A stretch of DNA of 64,000 nt. Origin: Nemertoderma westbladi (taxonomy: Eukaryota > Animalia > Xenacoelomorpha). The stretch spans positions 1 through 64,000 of the forward strand of contig JAUCBJ010006704.1 in NCBI GenBank assembly GCA_032718475.1, given 5' to 3'. The translations under genes and the position numbers were made by a program. Every line of letters begins with the position of its first letter. The stretch's first letter is position 1. Shown here one piece after another: positions 43,758 to 56,600 of the stretch. The notes under the pieces were generated by a model that did no database searches, was not told the DNA's origin, and saw only the letters and a program-made list of their open reading frames with translations.

Positions 43758-44250
43758 ACAGCTGGTTTCAGGTGGTTTACTGCTGCTTTCAGATGGATTC
43801 AGCTGGTTTCAGGTGGCTTACTGCTGGTTTCAGGTGGTTTCAGCTGGTTTCATGTGGCTTACTGCTGGTTTCAGGTGGTTTCAGCTGGTTTCAGGTGGCT
43901 TACTGCTGGTTTCAGGTGGTTTCAGCTGGTTTCAGGTGGTTTCAGCTGGTTTCATGTGGCTTACTGCTGGTTTCAGGTGGTTTCAGCTGGTTTCAGGTGG
44001 CTTACTGCTGGTTTCAGGTGGTTTACTGCTGGTTTCAGGTGGTTTCAGCTGGTTTCAGCTGGTTTCAGGTGGCTTACTGCTGGTTTCAGGTGGTTTCAGC
44101 TGGTTTCAGGTGGTTTCAGCTGGTTTCATGTGGCTTACTGCTGGTTTCAGGTGGTTTCAGCTGGTTTCAGGTGGCTTACTGCTGGTTTCAGGTGGTTTAC
44201 TGCTGGTTTCAGGTGGTTTCAGCTGGTTTCAGGTGGTTTCAGCTGGTTCA
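43758..44250. repeat. Minisatellite built from 10- and 11-13-bp units
   Basis: Mixed GCTGGTTTCA, GGTGGTTTCA and GGTGGCTTACT units. Confidence 0.95.
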
Positions 44251-45289
44251 GTATTTTAGTTCGTACCATAAAATTCTGCATCAGATGATATAATTTTTGA
44301 TTTAAATTATCACATTTAAATCATTTGATTTAAAAGAAATGCAGAAAATTAAATAAAACTGTGATTGAAATCAGAACATTGACGAATTCCAAGATAGCTC
44401 CTTTTTAAAGAATTCATTAAAAAGGCTCTATCTTAGAACTTCTATATGGTATCCTAAGATAGCGCCTTTCTAATGAATTTATTAGAATATGCTATCTCTA
44501 AACAGTTCCTGAGATATCGCCTTTTTAATGAAATTCATTAGAAAGGTGCTATCTTAGTTATCCTTATACTGTTTTAGAGATATCGCCTTTTTAATGAAAT
44601 TCTTTAGAAAGGCGCTATCTTAGAAATTTGTTGACCAATTACAGAAGTTCAATTTCTACAGTTTGTAAGGAAACTGAGATAAAGGACATAAGTAAAAAAT
44701 GTCAAAGTTTGCTTTGATAATTCTGAAATGAATATATCGTTTTCGATGTCGCTGAACACGATGAAACTAGTTATAAATACTATTTTTAGTAATGCAAACC
44801 CATTTTTGGTGCCATTCTAGTGCCCCAAAACGAAAAGTACAAGTAGCACAAAATTATAATTTAATATATTATAATTTGTAATTCAGAAGCTATACTGGTT
44901 TTCAAAGCCGCTGATCACGATACAACTCGTTTAAATCATTCGTGGTAACGCAACTATAATTTTTGCTACATGTCTGGTGGGACGATAAATACAAATAGCG
45001 TAAATAAACCCAACGTTAGATTAACGTTGGTGGTTTGCAGGGCAGTATGAGTTACAAATCTGTGTAGAACTTATGCATATTATTTCATTGTATTTAGGTA
45101 CTTTTAATATATTAATATGAAATTAAATATTATCGCGCTTGCTGTTACCTTTTATTGTTATTATTGTATTGTTACTTTTTTCTTTGAAATACTTTTTCAC
45201 CATCACCAAACCGAAATTTAGTGTTGCTTACTACAGTATATTGCTCTATAACCTTACTGCTAACAAACTCACCTAGAGATTCCAGATAT

Positions 45290-46393
45290 ACTGATAACCA
45301 CTCTTCTCCACATACTGTTGAAGTATAACCAGTATCCAATTTACCATGATTAAAATAATGTTTCTAGAATAAATGTCGACTGTTCTTCTTCGGGTTTTAA
45401 GAAACAGTGTTAGATATACATCTTTACCGACTATCGACTTTAAAATGCTCTTATCAACCGTCTAATAGCTATCAAGATGGGGGATCTTGATAGCTAGTAT
45501 TAGACGGTTGATAAGAGCAGTCTTTTTGAAAATGGTGTGGGGATTTACAACTTCGGCACAACATTTGTTGACCATCTGGATGCCTTGGATTAGATACTCT
45601 TCCATATCTCATGGACCTACCATTATACCTCTAACATACCGACCACGTGATGTAAAATAAACAGATTGTTCAGTTCATCATCACAGTCCTCCAGACCACC
45701 TTCCTCATATAAATAATCATTATCCTCACAAAGGAATGTAACCTCAGTCTCTTGCTTGACACGCACCGCAGTTGTACACCCACTATCGCCACCTGTAAAC
45801 ATTACCTTTGATTCCCCAAAGATACGTTTTAATATCGTCTTCAATTAATTCTTGATATATTAAATTCTTTTCTGTTGTTAGAGCAATTTTTCTCTCTGAA
45901 TCTGACAAATTCGCCTTATCTAGAAGCTCATAAGATAAAACTCCATCCCCAAAATCTCATGTCATATTCTTTGGCTTTATTATACTGTACCGTGTTTCAA
46001 ACTCAGTGATAAACTCATCGGAAATAGTGTCTACATCTTTATTCTTTAAATATTTAAACAACGAATAGGCTTCGTAAGCACAGTCGATTTTATCCTTTAG
46101 ATAAATTTCATCGAGTTTTCTAAGTAACGTTCTAACTTCTTTACCTTTTCGAGTCTTTAACTCCATCTGCATTTAGTTGTTCAATGAGTACCTCTAACGC
46201 GTTATCCTTAGCTTTCCTTGGTAAACACAACAATCAACAATATAGCTGGGGCTTGTCGTTTCTTTTCAATATCATTAACAAGTTTCAAAATCTTTAACTC
46301 CCGTTGCCACGTTATATAATCCGAACCAACACCTAATAAAGGCGGATTTTTATACGACCGCCCACCGGAAACATTAGTACTACTTTCAGCCAT
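45290..46393 (-). pseudogene. Degenerate gag-protease of a Copia-like (GalEa-like) LTR element
   Basis: YKNPPLL...YITWQRELK...KKRQAPAI; LDEIYLKDK...AYEAY; FITEFETRY; LKRIFGE; CRSCKSPHH knuckle; LDTGYTSTVCGEEW protease-like motif; frameshifted. Confidence 0.6.
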
Positions 46394-47603
46394 TATTTTA
46401 TTAGATGCGTTTAGGCCTACTAGGCCTACCTACCTATTGTCTGTTTATTTAGCGTGTTTATTAACACGCTCTGTTAACACGTTAAAGTATAAGATAGGAA
46501 ACGTACCTGCCATTTTCTGATGACACGTACTCGGACACCCCCCAGATTTTTCTACAAATCTTTATCATATTGCCTGAAATTTGAAACACAACTAGTTCAA
46601 GAAGCCGGAATTTTCGATTTTACCTTTAAATTAATTTTATAAGCGTTTTAAAAAAGTGTCTTTTGCGAAATCGCACCTTCAGTATCGTGGCCATTCTTCA
46701 CATTAGTCGTAATTTTTGTGACGGGATACGAGTTGGCAAAAGATCCCGACCGGTGTGTGTGTGTTTGAGTCAATAGAAAGCTTGCGTTGCAAGGATTCGA
46801 AATATGTAACAAAATATCATAGTTTGAATATCCCGCCACCAATATACTAGAATTTCCATATTATACTGTATACACACATGCATTTGGCATTAAAAACCTT
46901 TCCCGAAATGTATTCGTGCTGCCCAAGTACCGCGCGGAGGCTCCACAAAATATATCTTGGCAGAATTTATAAATTTATTGGCCTCCAAAATCGCTGAGGA
47001 CATCTGGTGGTTCACTAAATGGTGCCGCAATGCTAAGACTTCCCCTTAGTCATGTACCGACAAAATCATTAACAGCTACTACAGTGCGAGATAATTAATT
47101 TTAATTAATTTTAGTTAATTTTAATTAATTTTTAATTAAGTTAATTAAGTCAGTCCATTAAGTCAGTTAAAATCATTGGTATGGTGACTAAATACAGTAT
47201 GTTTTTAAATTTTCCATTTTGACAATATCAGCGACACCGAACAACTTTCAGTTTCACAAGGATTTAGTATTTATTTACCATTGAAATGTATTTTTTTATA
47301 TTATTTACAGATATTTTTACTATTTACAAATTTACAATAAAAATATTTCACAAACATTTCACAAGTTTTCTGTACCGGGTTTATAAACATTATAATATTA
47401 ATTCCAGCTAATTATTGGATGGGTATCAATTTATTGATTATAATTTATCTTCGAGGAACGCGTTTATATTTTTATACACGTAATTATTTACATTATCTAC
47501 AAATAAGAAGCAGTTTGATAATTAAACACAAGATGGCGTTGTTGATACACATTTAAGTTCTACTACTGATTATTATCCAAAGCAGCAGTTCAAAAACTGA
47601 TCA

Positions 47604-50600
47604 CTAGATGTCGTTGGTATTGGAGTTCTGGAATCTCTGTACATCAGATAGTCGGGCAAGAAACTGAAAGTAGAAATAGAAAAACTAAGTTAAATAAAAA
47701 AGAGATAAGAATGTAATTAAAATTTATACAGGAATACTACATAATATATAAATGTTTTTCACCCGTGTGATAAATATTTTTCACCCGGGTGATAAATGTT
47801 TTTCACCCGTGTGATAAATGTTTTTCACCCGTGTGATAAATGTTTTTCACCCGTGTGATAAATGTTTTTCACCCGTGTGATAAATGTTTTTCACCCGGGT
47901 GATAAATGTTTTTCACCCGTGTGATAAATGTTTTTCACCAGAGTGATAAATGTTTTTCACCCGTGTGATATATGTTTTTCACCCGTGTGATAAATGTTTT
48001 TCACCAGTGTGATAAATGTTTTTCACCCGTGTGATAAATGTTTTTCACCAGTGTGATAAATGTTTTTCACCCGTGTGATAAATGTTTTTCACCCGTATGA
48101 TAAATGTTTTTCACCCGTGTGATAAATGTTTTTCACCCGGGTGATAAATGTTTTTCACCCGTGTGATAAATGTTTTTCACCCGTGTGATAAATGTTTTTC
48201 ACCCGTGTGATAAATGTTTTTCACCAGTGTGATAAATGTTTTTCACCCGTGTGATAAATGTTTTTCACCCGTGTGATAAATGTTTTTCACCCGTGTGATA
48301 AAAGTTTTTTACCCGTATGATAAATGTTTTTCACCCGTGTGATAAATGTTTTTCACCCGTGTGATAAATGTTTTTCACCCGTGTGATAAATGTTTTTCAC
48401 CCGTGTGATAAATGTTTTTCACCCGTGTGATAAATGTTTTTCACCCGTGTGATAAATGTTTTTCACCCGTATGATAAATGTTTTTCACCCGTGTGATAAA
48501 TGTTTTTCACCCGTGTGATAAATGTTTTTCACCCGTGTGATAAATGTTTTTCACCCGTGTGATAAATGTTTTTCAGCCGTGTGATAAATGTTTTTCACCC
48601 GGGTGATAAATGTTTTTCACCCGTGTGATAAATGTTTTTCACCCGTGTGATAAATGTTTTTCACCCGTGTGATAAATGTTTTTCACCCGTGTGATAAATG
48701 TTTTTCACCCGTGTGATAAATGTTTTTCACCCGGGTGATAAATGTTTTTCACCCGTGTGATAAATGTTTTTCACCCGTGTGATAAATGTTTTTCACCCGT
48801 GTGATAAATGTTTTTCACCAGTGTGATAAATGTTTTTCACCCGTGTGATAAATGTTTTTCACCCGTGTGATAAATGTTTTTCACCCGTGTGATAAAAGTT
48901 TTTCACCCGTATGATAAATGTTTTTCACCCGTGTGATAAATGTTTTTCACCCGTGTGATAAATGTTTTTCACCCGTGTGATAAATGTTTTTCACCCGTGT
49001 GATAAATGTTTTTCACCCGTGTGATAAATGTTTTTCACCCGTGTGATAAATGTTTTTCACCCGTATGATAAATGTTTTTCACCCGTGTGATAAATGTTTT
49101 TCACCCGTGTGATAAATGTTTTTCACCCGTGTGATAAATGTTTTTCACCCGTGTGATAAATGTTTTTCACCCGTGTGATAAAAGTTTTTCACCCGTGTGA
49201 TAAATGTGTTTATCACCCGTATGATAAATGTTTTTCACCCGTGTGCTATAAAATGTATAATGTGAGATATAAAATAAGAAACAAACTTTGAATTGTTTCC
49301 TTATCTAATAATATTATAAATATTACATTATTTATTATCTGGACGGGACGTATTGTAGCCTATTAATCATGAATTACACGAAAATGTCAACCAAGGAACA
49401 AAAAAAGTAACTTTCTCTAATCCAAATTGTTTTCCCATTGGTCGAAACTGTAAACATTTAGGTTCTCAAAAATGGTTATATTACAGAAATTGCTTCATTG
49501 GGTGAATTTTTATAGCCTCTGAAACATTTGGCAAAATATTTCAAAATTTGCTACTTTCTATTACTTTTTATTATTATATGGTCGAGCGAACTCGGACAGT
49601 GGAAATGAGATCCTTCCAGGCTTCCCGATTCTCCATAGTTGTCGCAATTTCGTTTCTCCCAAGTTCCGTTCTTTCAAGTTGATCTATATATGTTATGGCA
49701 GGTCGTCCACGACTGCGCTTTCCATGAGTTGGTTGCCAGAGAAGTAGATCGGGTATGACCTCGTCTTTACTTCGCCAGCAGTGCCCACTGAATCTTAATC
49801 TGCGTTCACGGAGGGTGGTTGATACAGGTGCTATTGTACCATAAAGCTCGGCGTTTGTCATGTGTTGTCTCCAGCTGATGTTTAGGGCTGCCCTTAGTAG
49901 TCTTGTGTAGCAACCGAACCATCAATTCGTTGTTCAAGTGATTTAGTCAGTGTCCAGGTATCACCCCCGTATAAAAATACACTTTCCACTGTGGCTCGAA
50001 AGAACTTAGTCTTCAGGTGCCTGGAGAGATCTGATTTCCAGATGGTATCCATTTTTGATAGAACTACCCAAGCCTTTGCTTTCCTAACTTCTATGTCCTT
50101 TTTGCTACTCTCTATCCATGATCCAAGGTACTGGAAGTCATCGACCTTCCTTAGTTGATTATTATCAATGGTTGTCAAGTTTCCATCAACATTAAAGGTC
50201 ATGAATTCGGTCTTGGTAGCATTTATATGTAATCCAACCTCCTTAGCAGCCCTCTCCACTTTATTTAGTAGAAGCTGTGCATCTGCTAGCGTATTAGAGA
50301 GCAGGGCGATGTCATCCGCAAAGTCGGTGTCTGTGACTGTAGTTGCCGGATATCTACTACTTCAGCGTTCTTGAAGTGTGAATCCCAGATCTTCACCCTT
50401 TGTGGCCGTCCTCATTGCGTAATCCAGCACAATTACAAATAGTAATGGTGCTAATGTGTCACCTTGCAGTACGCCAGCCAGGATTGAGAAAAACTCAGTT
50501 TCACCCTCTGGTGAGAGTACCTGCGCTTCTGTGTCACAATATAGCAATCCAATGCCAGCAACAATTACTTCTGGTATTCCATAAGCTCTTAGGATTTCAA

Positions 50601-53600
50601 GCATTTTACCTCTATGGATGGAGTCGAATGCCTTCTTGAAGTCCACAAAAGTCATGACTGCGGGGAGATTCTTTGACTTAATTCCTTCAATCAGTCTCCG
50701 TAGTGCAAGTATCTGAGCTATTGTTGATCTACTTGGTCGAAATCCGTTTTGGCTCTTACGCAGTAGTTTCTCTATGTGAGGCCTAATCCTATATAGAATC
50801 ATTTTATTGTATATTTTGGCAGCTACCACAAGCAGACAGATCCCACGATAGTTTGTTGGTATGCCGAGGTCTCCTTTCTTGGGGAGAGGCTTTAGTTGAC
50901 CTTTAGTCCAAATTGGTGGTGGCTTTTCCCCTTTTAACATCCGGTTGCAAACATTCAATAATGGTCTATTTAGCACTCCGGTTTTCCATACCTCCGCTGG
51001 GATTTCATCTAATCCACTCGCTTTATTATTGGACATGCTTTTAATGCTTCTTTGGAGTTCGGCAGGTGTGAAGTCCCCTGTTTCTATAGGTAGTATCTTG
51101 TCATATATTTTCCTTGTAGGGCTGACCTCGATGTTTGGTGGCTGCCCAAGCAAGTTGCTGAAGTGATTTTTCCACTTCCCAACACGTTCTTCAGGACTAT
51201 CGGCTTTGAGGCGCCCCTTTGCACAACTTTTCCGACCAGATACCTCATTTACAGTTTGCCAGGCAAGTCTTGATTGTTGCTGTATGTGAGCAGTTGTAAT
51301 TGCTTCAGTTTTATCCTGTATGTACTTTTCCTGGCTGATGTTGTAGGCCAATTTAAGATCGTCTTTAGCTTTCTCAACCTTGTTAATGTTTTCGGTTGTT
51401 GGTTGTTCGGTTTTAACTTTGTAGGCTATCTTAAGATCTTCTCTCTTACAAGTAACCTCAGAGTTTTGCCATGGCACATACTGTTTTCGTTTAGGTTTCT
51501 GGGTGATATGCCTCTTAGCTGATTCCTTGTGGGCTGTTATTATATTCTGGTATATTGAATCGGTGGATTGGTCTTCATCCATTGACTGAAGTGCTTCAAA
51601 GCGGTTTTGAACTTCTACTGTATAAGCATACTTTACTGCATTGTCAGTTCTGAGTTTCTCCCAGTCATAGTTGATTTGCTTGCTTGTCCTGGGTTTGGTG
51701 GCTCTCAAACTGAGTCTGATCTCTGCAGTCACAATTCTGTGGTCCGAACCAATTAGGTTGAACGAGCTGTATGCCTCGCAGTTGATCATGCTATTTCTCC
51801 ACTTTTTGTTTATAAGGATGTAATCCAGTTGTGCTTTGGTTCCATTAGGGTATTGAAAGGTCCATAGCTTCCCCTTACTCTTTTCGAATGTGTTGTTTGT
51901 TGGTATCAATTCACATTCTTCCATTAGGTCTAAAAGTAAGTACCCATTTCTGTTAGAACTGGTGTTATAGGTGTAACCCTTGATGTCTTCTGGGCCAATT
52001 TGCGCATTCAGGTCACCAGCAATGACTTTAACATTGTGTTTCGGGATGTCCTTAGTAAGTCCAGTCAGTTCTTCATAAAACTTGACTGCTTGTTCTGGCT
52101 CTGATGCATTGGTTGGACTGTAGCAACATATAACTGTTGTCTTGGGATTCCCATGAAATGTTGCGATCATAGCCCTGGAATTTATAGATTCGATGTTGTT
52201 TAGGGTCTTAAGTGCAAATGGGCTTAGCAGAATTCCTACTCCACCAATTGATGCATTGGCCGAGTTCCTTACTGCTGAGCTTGTTACTAACGTCCATCCA
52301 TTTCCAATGTCATTGTACTTCATGGCAGTGTCTTCATGACAAATCCGATGTTCTTGGATGCAGATGATGTCGATGTTATATTCCATTGCCAGAGCGACGA
52401 TGTCACCCTGTTTGCTCTGTGCTTTCAGCGTGCGTGCGTTCATTGTAGCAATCTTTAGTGTCTTTTTACATTTCAACAAGTTGGTTCTTCTTTCTTCTCT
52501 GTCTTCTGTTCCAGTAGCCAATTTATCGACCCCAGCCTGGTGTACCACTGAGGGACGCGGTCCTTGTTGACCCAGGCGACGACCGAGCCGGTATTTCTCC
52601 TGGAGGGTTCTCATACTCATATCTTTCAGGTGCGGGAGTAAACCGCTTGTGGTCGCAACTCCTACAAGCGTCTTCGCAGTAGGTCGCCGTTGGTTGATTA
52701 CCTTCCGCCGACCTTGTCAGCATTTCTAGCCGTTGGTTGATTACCTTCCGCCTATCCATGGCCTACAGCCCTGCTGCCGACTGTAGGGGTCCATTTGTTA
52801 CACCCTGAACCAAGTGTGCCTCCTGGGTTAGGTTACCTAACACTGGTAGAGGAGCATCCAGTATAGACAGGGAGGGGCTTGTATCATCTCTAATGCAGAT
52901 GCGTATCAAGCCTTTGCCTTCAATGGTGCCCTAGGCGCTATAGCCCTCAATGACTTATTTAGTTGACGGGGCTGAACCAACCCACTCTTGATCAACTAAA
53001 TAATGAATAGGCTATGCTTATCGGGCCTGCCCTACTGGGCTGACAGCTACAGGTAGTACCACATTACTGCCATAGTGGTAGCAGGATCTGGGGACCTGAC
53101 CTTGGGAAGTTTATGTGTCTTTTTTCTCTTAATAATCACATGTCTAGGTCAATAGAACAGTAAAACATTTCTCTTTGGCCTTCCTACTCACGATTACAAA
53201 GGTCACTTCATCTAATATCTTGTGATTTATATATTTTTTTAAAATTTCAAAAAAAATAGATACACCCTTGCGAATTTTGTAATTCCGTTACGAAAATGTT
53301 CTATTTTTCTTGGCATTACAAGTTCTACTACCATCAGATATTTAATGTTCAATAATCTCTGCATTGGTTACAAGAGCTACCATTTCACCAAGCAGTGGAA
53401 TATCTGCAACGTCACAGAAGGCTACAAACAGTGTAACGGAATTACATATCTTGGTAACGGAATTACACTGTGTAACGGAATTACTTATCCCATTGATTAG
53501 TTATTTGAATATTGCGGGTTATTTAAATACAGACGGGGCCCTTGGATGTTCTGCATCACTACTGCATTAAGGTTAGGGACTGGAGGCAATAAAAAATCAT

Positions 53601-56600
53601 CACTCTCCAGGGTAAATTGGACGCAAATAACAGTTGATTGATTACTCTCAAAAATAAAACTGTAACCTGTTCTATTGTGTTTAGTTTATTGTTTTGGTAA
53701 AATAACGTTCCACTGTAACCTGCTCCTTTCCCTAAATTGAGAATTTAACATTGAGGTGAGGCGGGATATTGATTCGCCAAGGCGGATTTTGCGTCGAGTT
53801 CCCCCCCCCCCCCCCCCCCCCCTGTCTCACGGTCCGATGGTATCACTAACGTATTGTATATGCAGCTGCATTTTACATGCATGTATACATATATACATGT
53901 ATATATGTATATGTACGTATTGTATATATATATGTATTGTATATGGTAGAAACTTTTGCACTGTAATTCCGAGACGTTTATTTACGTTTGGTTTAGTATT
54001 TTGGTTACACTCAACCTCAATTAGTTAATCCAATTAAAACTTCCAAACTGCCATGCTCATGCAGTGGTACAAGACATTATAGACACCCTAACAAAACTAC
54101 CACAGCCAATCAATATCGTTAGTTCTTGAGATTTTAAGGGCAAGGAGCAGGTTACAGTGACTAGTTATTGTAACCAAAACAATAAACAAGAGTCAATATC
54201 TAGCACGGGTTATTGCACTATATTTTTGCTAGTAATCAAGTACTCGGCTGTAATTGGATGGTTACTGGTGGTTGTATCTCTGTTTTCCTAGGTTGTGGCA
54301 GGTCTGTTAGGCTGTATTCAATGATTTCATGAAATGGTAGCTCGGTAGGCCTATGACAAGCCTACACAGCTACATACAGCCCTAACCCGAAGTTAGGCTG
54401 CTATAATCGAAGAAATTTTGCTCAAATTCGTAAATTAAAAGTTTTACAGTTTTGCAGTGTAAATTAGGTTAAAAATTCGCACCGTAATTCCGTGACGTTT
54501 AGTTTTGTAATTCCCGTTACGATCAGAAACCTTGAAACTAGAAATTGTTAAATTTATTAATTATAATAGTTTAATGAAAGTGAGCAGCAAATATTAGGAA
54601 GTACTACAAGTAAGTTTTACAACTCAAATTTGCATCCAATTCGCAGCAATTCTTGTTTATAAAACACCAGTTTTTTATATTCGTTTTGCCGTGTAATTAC
54701 CGTGACGATTTTTTAAACAACAAATATACAGTAATGAAATTAAATTTTGACTAATTTTTCGATTTCCATAACTAAATATAGAATTGTCTTTCCCCTCACA
54801 CCAGTCCCATTGAATATACTTTTGAGGAAGATACATTTCCACAAAGAGTTTCGACAGCATTAATGCGAAGATTATCGAAGCCGGATAAGCTAACGAAAAC
54901 CCCAAATGTTTCGAACCAATTTTGGAAAAACAAAATTTTCTAACATCGAACATGAAAACATACTAAAGGAGTTAAATAAATTGTAAGTGAAATTATCACA
55001 ACCTGACGGACGGTTTGCCAGTCTCCATGACGACCTTGTGGGACCCCTTCCTGAATCAGAAGGTAATTCGTATCTGTTTACGATCACAGACCGCTTCACT
55101 CGCTGGCCAGAGGTAATTCCTCTGGAGAAGGCCACCACTGAGTCCTGTGCCCGTGCACTCATTAGGCACTGGATTGCTCGATTTGGTGTTCCAATCGACA
55201 TTGTCTCAGATCGCGGCTCCCAATTCACTTCGCACTTGTGGTCGAAACTATATCAACTTCCAGGCATCTCTGCCTCGTCCACTACAGCCTACCACCCTCA
55301 GGCTAACGGTATATGTGCCGTCAACTTAAGCTGCCGACCTTGTTTACGACACAGCTCTACACCTCCCAGGGGAATGTCTACAGCGCGGATCTCCTACTGA
55401 ACCTCTGTGTTACGGTATATGGCGCTGTATCCATAATATTAGTCATCATGCAGTATGCAATATTAGTCCGTTATGCAGTATGCAATATTAGTCCATTATG
55501 CAGTATGTAATATTAGTCCGTTGTGCAGCATGATATTTTAGATAAGGCATAATAACGCAGTGGTATTTAGGTAAGGAAGTTAAAACGCCCATATATTTTG
55601 CATCCATTCATTTTGTATAGTATGTAGCTCTACCTACGTAATTTTGTATTAGGTTATATGTAGATAGTTCCAGGGTAAGTTTATTCGGACCCTGGATTCC
55701 GTGCTTGCTGATATTAGCTTTAGTAGGGCTAGCATATAGGGACGCCGTCCTGGCCATTCAGCAGCCAGAGACGTGAACCATTACCATATATGGTAATAAT
55801 TCGAGGAAAGGGAGCAAATAGGGCTACAATCCGGCCTCCTTATTGGACTAGCTGCTTCCAGGTTGGTCTAGTGCTAGCACGGACTGGAGAGCCAATAAGA
55901 AAGCGATTGAGTCACCCTATTGCATCATCCCATCCGGATCACCTATAAATTGGCGGTGTGCCGGTAGAGCCTATCATCAATCTGTCACATGATACACCCC
56001 TGTTACAATTTACTTGCTGAGCTGTCTCTAATTTTGTATTTTTCTGCAATTTGCTAATTTTGATTAATTTCTTGGAATGATTTGCTAGTGCGATTACTTT
56101 GCTTGTGTTTCTCAATTAATTCCTTCGATTACTGCTAATTACAACTGAACTATGATTTCTACCTTTTGATTAATGGTTCTATGTGATTCTTTTCTGCGCA
56201 ATAATCCTAAGGGATTCCTGAGACTGTCAGACTTTGTGATTTGCATGCGCCGCTACGGTAGCTATTAGCATCATGAAGGGCTAAGGTGCCAGTGGGCGGT
56301 GGGCGCATCGGGGGGTTGAGCGACTAGGAGAGAGCGGAGGATTCAAAGCGGGCAACGCTGGCCAGAGTCACCGTTGCGGGCGGGTAACTTGCACTGCGGC
56401 ACGCAGACCGATCGCCGGTACAGCAATTAGGGGGCTGATGATCCAGGTTTTGTCTCTATTTAGTATTAGGGGGGGCAGGAATTGGGTTAGTTAGGAATCC
56501 TAGATGTACCCGGGAGAGGCCTGCGCGTATTAAAACGTTGAGTGTGGAGTACGAGTAGTGAATTGCACAATTGTAAACTGTGATTTCTAACGCTGATTGG

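Noticed and set aside
43723-44293. Three overlapping 170-180 aa ORFs rich in W/F/G
   Set aside because: Artefact of a stop-free minisatellite.
47747-49245. CRISPR-like array of palindromic repeats
   Set aside because: Units are contiguous with no unique spacers, there are no cas genes, and the context is eukaryotic.
52980-53110. Canonical HDV-like ribozyme at the RTE 5' end
   Set aside because: I could not assign the P1/P1.1/P3 and catalytic-C junction pattern by eye.
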